In this document: in pieces, positions 29,711 through 39,544 of the stretch
How the letters are laid out: the number at the start of each line of letters is the position of its first letter
How positions within the stretch are numbered: position 1 is the stretch's first letter
DNA from: a virus
Taxonomy: Duplodnaviria; Caudoviricetes
DNA: 64,000 nt
Virus record (IMG/VR): IMGVR_UViG_3300032283_000551
Location: 13,042-77,041 of that record
Direction: 5' to 3' (one strand)
Position numbers and translations under genes: made by a program
The notes under the pieces: model-generated
Seen by the model: the letters and a program-made list of their open reading frames with translations, nothing else
Database searches by the model: none
What the model was told of the DNA's origin: nothing

Positions 29711-30964
29711 ATGTCAACAGAAAATAACGATCAATTTGAAGAACTTGATGAAGGTAAGTGGGATTATCCTAAGAGTATGACCCAAACCAAAACGACTTCT
29801 GACGCGGGTTCTACCAACGCTGCGGATAATAGAGAAAGACGTAAAGCTTTTAGAAAGAAAATGAAAGCCATACAGCATAAAGAACTAATGAGTGGTAAGC
29901 AAAAGCAACCGGTTGAAGAATCAATTGCCTCAGAAACTTTGAAGGCAGATTCACGCTCTGATGATTCAAATCCAAAGTCAAAGATTGCAGCTATTAATGC
30001 GGTCATTGGTTCGATGAATGCTATGAGTAGTGATGAACTTACAAAGTGGTATACAAGTGCTATGGCTCTTATTGGTAAGGAAGCTTCTGCTCTACCAGGA
30101 TCAGCAAATTCAGATTCAAATAAAAGTTCATTGAATATGAAAGATTCAGCTGCTGTTGGTAGTGGTGGTGCATCTGCCGCCGATCCAATGCCAAAGTTAG
30201 ACCATAAAAATAATCCTCTTGCTTCGATGAAGGAAGATGTAGAAGAAATGTTTGTTGGTACAGACCTATCCGAAGAGTTCAAGGATAAGGCAACAACTCT
30301 ATTTGAAGCAGCAGTAAATGCACGTGCAACACTTGAAATTGCTCGTCTTGAAGAAGAATTTGAAACTGCATATGAAGAAAGACTTGAGGAAGAAGTTGCC
30401 TCAATTGTTGAAAATGTAGAAACTAATCTTGATACTTACCTAGATTATATTGTAGAAAAGTGGATGGAAGATAATCAAGTTGCTATTGAATCTTCTCTTC
30501 GCAATGAAATTATGGAAGAATTTATTGGTGGTCTAAAAGGCCTATTTGCTGAACATTACATCAATGTCCCTGAAGAAAAAATCGATGTAATTGAAGCTAT
30601 GGCACAAAAGATTGAAACTCTAGAAAATGCATTAAACGAATCTATCAATGATGCCAATGAGCTTAAATCAGTACTTGCTGAAGCTAAAATGTCATCATTG
30701 GTTGATGAATTGTCAGAAGGTTTAACAATGTCTCAAGCAGAGAAGTTTGCTGCTCTTGCTGAAGGTGTGAGCTTTGATGGCAATTTTAACTCTTACAAAT
30801 CAAAACTTGAAATGGTTAAAGAGACATATTTCTCAATGAAGCCAAAGACTTCAAATATTGAGGAAGAAACTTTTGAAAGTGATGATGAAAGTGTGAATAC
30901 CGTAAGTATGGATCCACATGTAAGTAATTATGTCCGTGCAATTGCTAGAACAACTAAGAAATAA
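29711..30964 (+). CDS. gp22: Prohead scaffold protein gp22
   Basis: LSEEFKDKATTLFEAAV...YLDYIVEKWMEDN..AIE. Confidence 0.95.
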   Translation: MSTENNDQFEELDEGKWDYPKSMTQTKTTSDAGSTNAADNRERRKAFRKKMKAIQHKELMSGKQKQPVEESIASETLKADSRSDDSNPKSKIAAINAVIGSMNAMSSDELTKWYTSAMALIGKEASALPGSANSDSNKSSLNMKDSAAVGSGGASAADPMPKLDHKNNPLASMKEDVEEMFVGTDLSEEFKDKATTLFEAAVNARATLEIARLEEEFETAYEERLEEEVASIVENVETNLDTYLDYIVEKWMEDNQVAIESSLRNEIMEEFIGGLKGLFAEHYINVPEEKIDVIEAMAQKIETLENALNESINDANELKSVLAEAKMSSLVDELSEGLTMSQAEKFAALAEGVSFDGNFNSYKSKLEMVKETYFSMKPKTSNIEEETFESDDESVNTVSMDPHVSNYVRAIARTTKK

Positions 30965-30969
30965 TTTTA

Positions 30970-30977
30970 TATAAATA
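30970..30977 (+). promoter_or_regulatory. T4-type late promoter
   Basis: TATAAATA upstream of gp23. Confidence 0.9.
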
Positions 30978-31006
30978 AACTAAACCTACAAAGAAAGGGA
31001 AATAAA

Positions 31007-32404
31007 ATGTTTTTACAAGAAGAAATTCAGAAGAAGTGGTCACCAATTCTTGACCATGCCGATCTTCCATCAATCAAGGACTCACACCGCCGTTCCGTAA
31101 CAGCTGTTGTTCTTGAAAATACAGAAAGAGCTCTCCGTGAAGCTTCATCTCATGGTCAATTCCAGACCCTGACTGAAACAGCTTCAACTGGTGCATTCAA
31201 TGCTATGGGTGCTTCTAGTTCAACTGCAGGCGCCGGTCCAATTGATACATTCGATCCAGTACTTATCTCACTGGTTCGTCGTTCAATGCCTAATCTAATT
31301 GCCTATGACATCTGCGGCACACAGCCAATGACTGGACCAACAGGCTTGATCTTTGCTATGCGCTCACGTTATGGTAACTCTGCTGCTCTTGGTAATACAT
31401 CTGCTGTTGGTAATACTAAGGCTGCCGGTGAAACATTCTATAACGAAGTTGATACCACATTCTCTTCTGTAACATCTGGTGCTAACTCATTTGGCCAGAA
31501 GTTCGTTGGTACAATCCCAGGTGATACTAATACTTCTATCATGTCTGCCGTTAACGGTTATAACACCGGTTCAGGCATGTCAACAGCTCAGGCTGAAGTA
31601 CTTGGTGCCGATGGCAACACTGCTTTTGCTCAAATGGGCTTCTCAATCGAAAAGGTCACCGTAACTGCTAAGTCACGTGCCCTCAAGGCTGAGTACACAA
31701 TGGAACTGGCTCAAGACCTTAAGGCTATCCATGGTCTCGATGCCGAAACTGAACTTGCTAACATTCTTGCCGCTGAAATCCTTGCCGAAATCAACCGTGA
31801 AGTTGTTCGCACAATCAACATCACTGCCGTAACCGGCGCACAAGACAATACAACAACTGCTGGTGTATTCGATCTTGACACCGATTCAAACGGCCGTTGG
31901 TCTGTTGAAAAGTTCAAGGGTCTTATGTTCCAACTAGAACGCGAAGCTAACTACATTGCTCGTACAACCCGCCGTGGTAAGGGCAACATTGTTATCTGCT
32001 CTTCAGATGTTGCTTCTGCTCTTCAAATGGCCGGTGTTCTTGACTACGCTCCTGCCCTGAACTCAAACAACTTGCAAGTTGACGATACAGGCAATACTTT
32101 TGCTGGTGTTCTCAATGGTCGCCTAAAGGTTTATATCGACCCATATGCTCTCGGTGGTAACTATCTGACCGTTGGTTATAAGGGTTCATCTGCCTTTGAT
32201 GCCGGTCTGTTCTATTGCCCATATGTTCCACTACAAATGGTAAGAGCTAATGATCAGTCAACATTCCAACCAAAGATTGGCTTCAAGACACGTTATGGTA
32301 TGGTTGCCAACCCATTCGCTCAAGGTGGTACTGTTGGTTCGGGCGCTCTGACATTCAATACTAACTTCTACTACCGTCGTGTGGTTGTTAACAACCTCAT
32401 GTAA
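31007..32404 (+). CDS. gp23: Major capsid protein gp23
   Basis: DPVLISLVRRSMPNLIAYDICG.QPMTGPTGLIFAMRSRY...AKSRALKAEYTMELAQDLKAIHGLDAE. Confidence 0.99.
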   Translation: MFLQEEIQKKWSPILDHADLPSIKDSHRRSVTAVVLENTERALREASSHGQFQTLTETASTGAFNAMGASSSTAGAGPIDTFDPVLISLVRRSMPNLIAYDICGTQPMTGPTGLIFAMRSRYGNSAALGNTSAVGNTKAAGETFYNEVDTTFSSVTSGANSFGQKFVGTIPGDTNTSIMSAVNGYNTGSGMSTAQAEVLGADGNTAFAQMGFSIEKVTVTAKSRALKAEYTMELAQDLKAIHGLDAETELANILAAEILAEINREVVRTINITAVTGAQDNTTTAGVFDLDTDSNGRWSVEKFKGLMFQLEREANYIARTTRRGKGNIVICSSDVASALQMAGVLDYAPALNSNNLQVDDTGNTFAGVLNGRLKVYIDPYALGGNYLTVGYKGSSAFDAGLFYCPYVPLQMVRANDQSTFQPKIGFKTRYGMVANPFAQGGTVGSGALTFNTNFYYRRVVVNNLM

Positions 32405-32435
32405 TAACGAGACTGGATCCAACCAGTCCAACTAG

Positions 32436-32462
32436 AAAAGGGAGCTTCGGCTCCCTTTTTTT
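32436..32462 (+). terminator. Rho-independent terminator
   Basis: GGGAGC-TTCG-GCTCCC then T7. Confidence 0.95.
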
Positions 32463-32499
32463 ATGTTTAATAAATAGATAGGTATTTTGGGAGTGTATT

Positions 32500-33021
32500 A
32501 TGACTGCAATTGATAATTCAATAGCCAATGGAAATTTTCTTTCACCGCTCAATTTTAAATTTCAATTGAAGCGTGCTCCACATATTAACTTTTTTATTCA
32601 GACAGTTAATATACCTGGGCTTTCATTACAAGCAATTGATGTAAATAATCCATTAATTCGCGTACCATATGCTGGCGATCACTTGATGTATGATGAACTT
32701 GATATTTCGTTTAGAGTCGATGAAGATCTTCAGAATTATATGGAAATGCATGAATGGATTCGCGCACATGGTAAACGTAGTTTTGAAGAATTTGCTGCAT
32801 TAAAAAATCAACCAAAATATTCAGGTGAAGGTTTATACTCTGATATTGTTCTGACGATTTTAAAAAGCAATAAAAATCCAAATTATAGCATAGTATTTCA
32901 AGATGCATTCCCTATTTCACTATCAGGCATTGATTTTAATACAACTTTAGAGGATGTTAATTATCTAGAAGCATCAGCAAAGTTTAGATATACTGCTTAC
33001 GATATTACTAAAGTCACCTAA
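32500..33021 (+). CDS. gp3: Tail completion / sheath stabiliser gp3
   Basis: NFLSPLNFKF...NIPG...GD.LMYDEL..F.VDEDL.NY.E.H.W. Confidence 0.85.
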   Translation: MTAIDNSIANGNFLSPLNFKFQLKRAPHINFFIQTVNIPGLSLQAIDVNNPLIRVPYAGDHLMYDELDISFRVDEDLQNYMEMHEWIRAHGKRSFEEFAALKNQPKYSGEGLYSDIVLTILKSNKNPNYSIVFQDAFPISLSGIDFNTTLEDVNYLEASAKFRYTAYDITKVT

Positions 33022-33044
33022 GTTATTAAAAAGAAATATTTTGG

Positions 33045-33073
33045 TTGACATCTTATTAAAAGTAAGATATATT
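33045..33073 (+). promoter_or_regulatory. Early/middle sigma70-type promoter
   Basis: TTTTGG-TTGACA-N17-TATATT upstream of uvsY. Confidence 0.8.
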
Positions 33074-33099
33074 ACTAGTAATAATTGATAGGTGTTGTT

Positions 33100-33534
33100 A
33101 TGAAATTTGAAGACATATTTGAAGAATGGAAAAAAGACAGTGACATTGATAGGACCGAATTGGGTCTAGAGAGTCTTAAAATCCCCAAACTTCACCATAA
33201 GTATTATACATATCTAGTTACCGAAAAAACAATACTAAGAAAACAAGAATCTCAATTTAAACAACTTAAACTTGCAAAGTATGAATTCTTTACACAAGGT
33301 CATACGGAAGAAACAAAGACTTTAGGGTGGGAATTACCACCTAGGGGTATAATATTAAAACCCGATATTCCAATGTATATAGAAGCTGATAAAGACATTG
33401 TAGAACTTTCACTAAAGATTGGCGGACAACAAGAAAAAGTTGAATTTTTAGAATCAATTATTAAGTCATTTCAGACAAGAGGCTACATCATAAAGAATGC
33501 TATTGATTTTGTGAAGTTTACAATGGGTGGATAA
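33100..33534 (+). CDS. uvsY: Recombination mediator UvsY
   Basis: W.KDSDID..ELG.ESLKIPKLH.KY...YIEAD.DI...RGY.IKNAIDF. Confidence 0.9.
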   Translation: MKFEDIFEEWKKDSDIDRTELGLESLKIPKLHHKYYTYLVTEKTILRKQESQFKQLKLAKYEFFTQGHTEETKTLGWELPPRGIILKPDIPMYIEADKDIVELSLKIGGQQEKVEFLESIIKSFQTRGYIIKNAIDFVKFTMGG

Positions 33535-34973
33535 TGGAAATAGTTACAATAAAATATTACGATGAAACTTATATCAAAGTAGATTGTGAACCATCTACAG
33601 CAATGGAAATATCAGAGTATTTCACGTTTGATGTTCCAGGCGCTAAGTTTAGTCCTGCATATAAGAACAGAGTCTGGGATGGCAAAATTAGATTATTCAA
33701 CCCCATGGCTTGTTTACTCTATGCAGGTCTCAAAGATCAACTTATAACTTTTTGTAATAGTAGACAATATACAATAGAATTTGATGGACCATTTGGTGAT
33801 ACCGAATTTTCATTATATGAAGCCAATCAATTTATAGAAAAACTACAAACCAAATACCCACCAAGAGAATATCAAGTCGAAGCATTTATGCATGCCGTAA
33901 GAAAACGTAGAGGTGTTTTATTATCACCTACCGGATCCGGCAAATCACTCATCATCTATATGCTTTCTTGTTTTTATAGATCAAAAACACTTATTATTGT
34001 CCCGACCACTTCACTTGTTCATCAGATGGCATCTGACTTTGAAGACTATGGATTACCTAAAGGAATGATCCATAAGATCATGTCTGGCCAGGAGAAACAA
34101 ACGGATCAGCCATTTGTAATTTCAACATGGCAATCAATTTTTAAATTACCTAAGCAATGGTTTCAACAGTTTGATGTAGTCATCGGTGATGAAGCACACT
34201 TATTTAAAGCTAAATCACTGACCTCAATATTAACAAAACTAAATCAATGTAAATATAGATTTGGTTTTACCGGTACACTTGATGGTACACAAACACATAA
34301 ATTAGTACTAGAAGGTTTATTTGGACCTGTTCGTAAGATCACTACAACTGCTGAACTTATGGAACAAAAACATCTAGCGGAATTGACTATTAAAGCTTTA
34401 GTACTTAAATATCCTGATGATATTAGAAAACTTATGACTGGCGCCGATTATCAAGCAGAAATGGATTTCCTGGTAAAACACACACCTAGAAATAAGTTTA
34501 TCAAAAATCTAGCATTATCACTTACTGGTAATACATTATTATTGTTCCAATATGTTGATAAACATGGTAAAGTATTATTTGATATGATTTCCCAAGAAGT
34601 TGTTGATCGTAAAGTATTTTTTATATCGGGATCCGTGGATGGAGAGAAACGTGAAGAGATTCGTAAGATTATTGAAACAGAAGAGAATGCTATTGTGGTT
34701 GCTAGCTATGGAACTAGCTCCACAGGTATCAACATTCGTAATTTGTCTAATGTTTTATTTGCTAGTCCTTCAAAATCTAGGGTAAGAAATCTGCAGTCTA
34801 TTGGTCGTGGTCTCCGTTTGTCTGATACAAAGTCTACCGCCACACTATATGATATTGCCGATGATTTATCGTGGAAAACCAAAAAGAATCATACAATACT
34901 TCACTTCATTGAACGTATTAGAATATACAATGAAGAGAAATTTAAATACAAAACCTACAATATAGACCTATAA
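33534..34973 (+). CDS. uvsW: DNA helicase UvsW
   Basis: WDGKIRLF, SPTGSGKS, GDEAH, TGTL, QSIGRGLR. Confidence 0.97.
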   Translation: MEIVTIKYYDETYIKVDCEPSTAMEISEYFTFDVPGAKFSPAYKNRVWDGKIRLFNPMACLLYAGLKDQLITFCNSRQYTIEFDGPFGDTEFSLYEANQFIEKLQTKYPPREYQVEAFMHAVRKRRGVLLSPTGSGKSLIIYMLSCFYRSKTLIIVPTTSLVHQMASDFEDYGLPKGMIHKIMSGQEKQTDQPFVISTWQSIFKLPKQWFQQFDVVIGDEAHLFKAKSLTSILTKLNQCKYRFGFTGTLDGTQTHKLVLEGLFGPVRKITTTAELMEQKHLAELTIKALVLKYPDDIRKLMTGADYQAEMDFLVKHTPRNKFIKNLALSLTGNTLLLFQYVDKHGKVLFDMISQEVVDRKVFFISGSVDGEKREEIRKIIETEENAIVVASYGTSSTGINIRNLSNVLFASPSKSRVRNLQSIGRGLRLSDTKSTATLYDIADDLSWKTKKNHTILHFIERIRIYNEEKFKYKTYNIDL

Positions 34974-34993
34974 TTATTGTTTCCTCACTACTG

Positions 34994-35023
34994 ATTATAT
35001 ACACATTTGAAAAAATGTCAACC
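34994..35023 (-). promoter_or_regulatory. Antisense sigma70-type promoter
   Basis: Minus strand reads TTTTGG-TTGACA-N16-TATAAT, same upstream motif as the sense early promoters. Confidence 0.6.
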
Positions 35024-35042
35024 AAAAAAATGGAGATATACC

Positions 35043-35612
35043 TTGGCACGTAATTATGTTAATAACCGTGATTTTTATGAAGCTATTAAAATGTATAAGG
35101 AAAAGATTGCTATTAATCCTGATACTAAAATTCCAGATTATATTGGTATGTGCATATTAAAGATTTGTGAGCGCTTGTCCACAAAACCAAATTTTATTGG
35201 TTATTCATTCCGTGATGAGATGATTGCTGATGGTGTTGAAAATTGTATTCATTCGGTTTTACTTTTTAATATCGAACGATCTGATAATCCGTTTGCTTAT
35301 TTTACACAAATTGCATGGAATGCATTCTTGCGCCGAATTGCTAAGGAAAAGAAAGAGCAATATATAAAGTATAAGAATATGCAAAATTCATTTCTCCAAA
35401 GTGATTATCTTGATGAATCTCTTTATGGTGATAGTGGTGGTGTTATCCATACAAAGAATAATGATGTTGCAAATGAAATTATTGGTTCTTTTGAAAAAAA
35501 GATGTTGACAAAACCTAAGAAAGTTGTTAAAATAGGTCTTGAAAAGTTCTGTGAAGGAGCACAAATGAATGGAAATGAAACACAAGTATCTAGTCCCACA
35601 ATCAGTAATTGA
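35043..35612 (+). CDS. gp55: Late transcription sigma factor gp55
   Basis: NYVNN..F...IPDYIG.C.LKI...LS.KPNFI.Y.FRDEMIADG.ENC...NPFAYFTQI; TTG start after GGAG. Confidence 0.95.
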   Translation: MARNYVNNRDFYEAIKMYKEKIAINPDTKIPDYIGMCILKICERLSTKPNFIGYSFRDEMIADGVENCIHSVLLFNIERSDNPFAYFTQIAWNAFLRRIAKEKKEQYIKYKNMQNSFLQSDYLDESLYGDSGGVIHTKNNDVANEIIGSFEKKMLTKPKKVVKIGLEKFCEGAQMNGNETQVSSPTISN

Positions 35613-35745
35613 TTGTGCTGAGGCTATGTTGAATGAAAAGAATTTAAATGTTCGTAGTACATATGAACAAAGACTTGAAGCCACACTTAAGTATTGTGAA
35701 AATGCTTTAAAACAAAATCAGCTCACACCTAAAAGAATGCGTTGA
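35569..35745 (+). CDS. Small hypothetical protein (58 aa)
   Basis: MEMKHKYLVPQSVIDCAE...; GGAG upstream; stop abuts gp47 ATG; overlaps gp55 3' end. Confidence 0.6.
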   Translation: MEMKHKYLVPQSVIDCAEAMLNEKNLNVRSTYEQRLEATLKYCENALKQNQLTPKRMR

Positions 35746-36813
35746 ATGAAAGTTGCTGTGATCGCTGACACTCATTGGGGTGTCAGAAATGATAATGTTG
35801 CATTTATGAATATGTCAAAGAATTTTCTTGATAACATATTCTTTCCTGAACTAGAAAAACAAAATATTAAAACTGTCATCCATTTAGGTGATTTAGTCGA
35901 TCGTCGCAAGCATATAAGTTATCTTACGGCGAGTCGACTTCGTGCTGATTTCCTTGAACCACTTGCAATTAAAGGTATTGAACTTATACCTATTGCCGGT
36001 AATCATGATGTATATTTTAAGAATACAAATCAAGTAAATGCTTTGACTGAATTGATTGAAGGTAAGTATGGAAATTGTAATAAACTCCATATTGATCCTT
36101 CAGAAATTATTCTTGATAATAAAAAGATCCTATTGCTTCCATGGATTTGCGCCGATAATCGTGAGCAGAGTATGCGAATGATTAAGGAATCCAAGGCACA
36201 ATATTGTATGGGTCATTTAGAACTTGCTGGTTTTGAAATGTATAAAGGGAGTATTAATACACATGGCGACGATCGTACAAACTTTGATAAATTTTCTCTC
36301 ACGCTGTCTGGCCATTATCACCATCGTTCTTTTGATGGCACCATTTGTTATACTGGTTCCCATGGTCAGTTTACTTGGTCTGATTACGGTGATGCTCGCG
36401 GCTTCCATATTTTGGATCTCGGAAAAAATGGATTAGAATTTATTAAAAATCCATATGAGATGTTTGGTAAGGTCTGGTATGATGATACCGATAAGGATCT
36501 TAACGAACTTTTAAATTATGATTTTAGTCAATTTACAAATAAGTTTGTAAAGCTAATTGTAACCAAGAAGAATAATCCATATTGGTTTGATTTGTTTTGT
36601 GAAAAGCTAGAAAAAGCAACCCCCATTGATTTTCAGATAGTCGAAGATCATAAGAATTTGATAATGGAAGATGAAAATATAATAAATGAAGCAGAATCTA
36701 CTATTGATATTTTCAAGCGTCACATCGATCAAATCGGGTCATCAAATGTTAATAAAAATAAGTTGACCAACGTCATAACCGATTTGTATACTCAAGCACT
36801 TTCAATCGAATAG
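35746..36813 (+). CDS. gp47: Recombination nuclease gp47 (Mre11/SbcD-like)
   Basis: DTHWG, HLGDLVD, GNHD, GHLE, SGHYH. Confidence 0.97.
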   Translation: MKVAVIADTHWGVRNDNVAFMNMSKNFLDNIFFPELEKQNIKTVIHLGDLVDRRKHISYLTASRLRADFLEPLAIKGIELIPIAGNHDVYFKNTNQVNALTELIEGKYGNCNKLHIDPSEIILDNKKILLLPWICADNREQSMRMIKESKAQYCMGHLELAGFEMYKGSINTHGDDRTNFDKFSLTLSGHYHHRSFDGTICYTGSHGQFTWSDYGDARGFHILDLGKNGLEFIKNPYEMFGKVWYDDTDKDLNELLNYDFSQFTNKFVKLIVTKKNNPYWFDLFCEKLEKATPIDFQIVEDHKNLIMEDENIINEAESTIDIFKRHIDQIGSSNVNKNKLTNVITDLYTQALSIE

Positions 36814-36820
36814 GATTACT

Positions 36821-38533
36821 ATGTCAATAGTATTTTCAAAACTTAGATGGAAGAATTTTCTTTCAACAGGTAATCAGTATACTGAAATTGATTTATCCAC
36901 TAGTGGAACAACTCTTATCGTTGGCCAAAATGGTGCTGGTAAATCAACCTGTCTTGATGCATTAACTTTTGCATTATTTGGTAAGCCATTTCGTAATATT
37001 AATAAGCCACAACTTATTAATTCAATTACAAAAAAGGATATGATTGTTGAGATTGAATTCAATATAGGTTCAAACTCATACAAGGTAATTCGAGGTGTCA
37101 AACCAACTGTATTTGAAGTATATTGCAATAATACACTTCTAAATCAGTCTGCTGAAATGCGTGATTATCAAGAAATACTTGAGAAACAAATTCTTCGTAT
37201 TAACTACAAGTCTTTTTGTCAAGTAGTTATTCTTGGTAGTGCTTCATTTGTTCCATTTATGCAATTGCCAGCTGGTCAGCGCAGAGGAATTATTGAAGAC
37301 CTTTTGGATCTTCAAGTATTCACTACCATGAATACTCTACTAAAAGAAAAGATTCAAACAAATAACGATGATATATTACAGAATAGTAATGACCAAAAGT
37401 TAGTCAAAGAAAAAATAAAGATGCTCAAAGGGCATCTACAAGATCTTCAGAATCGAAATGAGGAATTTGTAAAAAGAAAACAAGAACAACTAACTTCGAT
37501 TGAACATAGTATACTTTCATCATACAATCAACAAACTAAATTTATTGAGGAAGCTGGATTATCATTTTCTTATGCTATTGATGAAAAAACTAAGCTTTTT
37601 AAGAAGCTAAATCAATATGAACTACTTCTTATTCAAATGAGAGGTAAAATAGAAATTATATCAAAGGAGATTAAGTTTTTTAATAACTCAGATAATTGTC
37701 CGACATGTACACAACAAATTGACAAAACTTTTAGTTGTGATATAGTATCCACAAAGGAACAAGAAATATCAGAACTGAATGAAGGTATTTCAAAGTTATT
37801 AACTATTAAAGAATCTGTTGGAGAAAAATATAATAAAGTTTTATCTGATGAAGCAGAATATAAGAGATTAATGAATGAAGCTTCAAATGAAAAACTAAGT
37901 ATTAAAATTTTTACTCAACAAAAAGAACAAATAATCAATGAAATCAACAGTGTTGTTTCGGAGGTGAAAGAAACATCCGACTATAAAATTTCAGATTTGG
38001 AAGCAGAACTGACATCTTTGAGTGAAAAGTATAATGAACTTCAAGACGATAAGTTGACTCTAGGTGCTGCGTCTGTAATGCTTAAGGATGGTGGCATTAA
38101 GACCAAAATCATTAATCAATACATACCGATTATCAATAAGCTAATTAATAAGTACTTATCTGAATTTGATCTGTTCGTTGAATTTGAACTTGATGAACAA
38201 TTTAATGAAAAGATCAAGTCTAGATATAGAGATGAATTTAGTTATTCATCATTTAGTGAAGGTGAAAAGCAAAAGATTGATCTCGCTATTCTTTTTACAT
38301 GGAGAGCAGTTGCCAAACTTCGTAATTCATTGAATACTAACTTACTTATTCTTGATGAAATATTTGACTCGAGTCTTGATGGTAATGCCGCTGACGATCT
38401 TTTAAAGATTCTTCAGAATATAAGTCAGGATTCAAATATCTTTATTATTTCTCATAGAGAAAATCTCCATGACAAATTTGAGAATGTTATTAAATTTATA
38501 AAACATAAAAACTTTTCAAGGATTTCAGAATGA
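36821..38533 (+). CDS. gp46: Recombination ATPase gp46 (Rad50/SbcC-like)
   Basis: GQNGAGKS, CPTC zinc hook, FSEGEK, LILDEIFD. Confidence 0.97.
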   Translation: MSIVFSKLRWKNFLSTGNQYTEIDLSTSGTTLIVGQNGAGKSTCLDALTFALFGKPFRNINKPQLINSITKKDMIVEIEFNIGSNSYKVIRGVKPTVFEVYCNNTLLNQSAEMRDYQEILEKQILRINYKSFCQVVILGSASFVPFMQLPAGQRRGIIEDLLDLQVFTTMNTLLKEKIQTNNDDILQNSNDQKLVKEKIKMLKGHLQDLQNRNEEFVKRKQEQLTSIEHSILSSYNQQTKFIEEAGLSFSYAIDEKTKLFKKLNQYELLLIQMRGKIEIISKEIKFFNNSDNCPTCTQQIDKTFSCDIVSTKEQEISELNEGISKLLTIKESVGEKYNKVLSDEAEYKRLMNEASNEKLSIKIFTQQKEQIINEINSVVSEVKETSDYKISDLEAELTSLSEKYNELQDDKLTLGAASVMLKDGGIKTKIINQYIPIINKLINKYLSEFDLFVEFELDEQFNEKIKSRYRDEFSYSSFSEGEKQKIDLAILFTWRAVAKLRNSLNTNLLILDEIFDSSLDGNAADDLLKILQNISQDSNIFIISHRENLHDKFENVIKFIKHKNFSRISE

Positions 38534-39006
38534 AATTAGTTGATTATAAAGATCCTGTTTTAAAAGAAGTTTCAGAAAAGTTCGACTTTTCTAATCCACC
38601 TTTTGAACCTATTGAGTTTGCACAAGAACTTGTAAAATTTATGTATGATAACAATGGTATATGTGTAAGTGCACCACAAGTTGGTATACCATATAGGATA
38701 TTTGCTATGCGTGGACTACCTGAGAACTTTGTTTGTTATAATCCAAAGATTGTAATGCCAGGCGAAGAAGAAATTCGTATGGAAGAAATATCGTTGACAT
38801 ATCCGGGATTATGTGTTAAAATAAAAAGGCCAAGGCATTGCAAAGTTCGTTTTGCTACGCCCAATGGTGAAATTAGAACGGAAACATATACGGGTATGAC
38901 CGCTCGTGCATTTTTTCATTGTATGGATTTCCTTGACGGTGAAGTTTTCTATACAAAAGCAAATCCAATCCACCGTCAACAAGCTTTTAAGAAATGGAAA
39001 CGATGA
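38530..39006 (+). CDS. Peptide deformylase-like protein with degenerate catalytic motifs
   Basis: DPVL..., GICVSAPQVG (cf. GxGxAAxQ), EEISLTYPG (cf. EGCLS), ARAFFHCMDFLDG (cf. HExDHLxG). Confidence 0.8.
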   Translation: MKLVDYKDPVLKEVSEKFDFSNPPFEPIEFAQELVKFMYDNNGICVSAPQVGIPYRIFAMRGLPENFVCYNPKIVMPGEEEIRMEEISLTYPGLCVKIKRPRHCKVRFATPNGEIRTETYTGMTARAFFHCMDFLDGEVFYTKANPIHRQQAFKKWKR

Positions 39007-39542
39007 ATATTTTCTATCTGTCTACCGATGCACGCCAAGCGGCTCAATGGATGGTTGATAAACATGTTGTTAAAATGATTTTGGAATCGGCACAATTGCT
39101 GTCCACCGCACATCGTGTATTGGATGGTATTGAATCGGTTGGTAAATCACCAACTGGTCGTAAACAAAAGACCTGGACTCTTGGTGATGCTCGTGACTCT
39201 GTACTATATAAAGCTACCCATATTAATCACCCGTCTGCAATCTGGACTCGCAAGTCGGTTGAAAACTATAACTGGCTAGTAGATCATTTTTATGCACTTG
39301 GTGACGAATATACATATCGTTATGGTAAGACTCATAAATCTTTTACCGGTGATTTGGCTTATATGCTTCAGTCGCCGCCAAAGAACCTGACCGAATATGA
39401 TATGACAGTTATGCCATCTGCAATGGCCGATGAATTTGTTGTGGATGAAGATCCTATTATTAATTACCGTAATTACTACAAGATCGGGAAAGCAAGAATG
39501 CATTCCTGGAAAAACCGTCAACCACCTGAATGGATTATCTAA
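39003..39542 (+). CDS. Pyrimidine-dimer DNA glycosylase-like (DenV family)
   Basis: MNIFYL...DKHVVKMILESAQLLSTAH...LYKATHINHPS..W...YRNYY. Confidence 0.75.
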   Translation: MNIFYLSTDARQAAQWMVDKHVVKMILESAQLLSTAHRVLDGIESVGKSPTGRKQKTWTLGDARDSVLYKATHINHPSAIWTRKSVENYNWLVDHFYALGDEYTYRYGKTHKSFTGDLAYMLQSPPKNLTEYDMTVMPSAMADEFVVDEDPIINYRNYYKIGKARMHSWKNRQPPEWII

Positions 39543-39544
39543 AT

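Noticed and set aside
32411-32428. Small hairpin GACTGG/CCAGTC after gp23
   Set aside because: Only 6 bp, just before the main terminator; at most an mRNA-stabilising element
35569-35612. Programmed frameshift between gp55 and the overlapping 58-aa ORF
   Set aside because: No slippery heptamer; the small ORF has its own RBS and ATG
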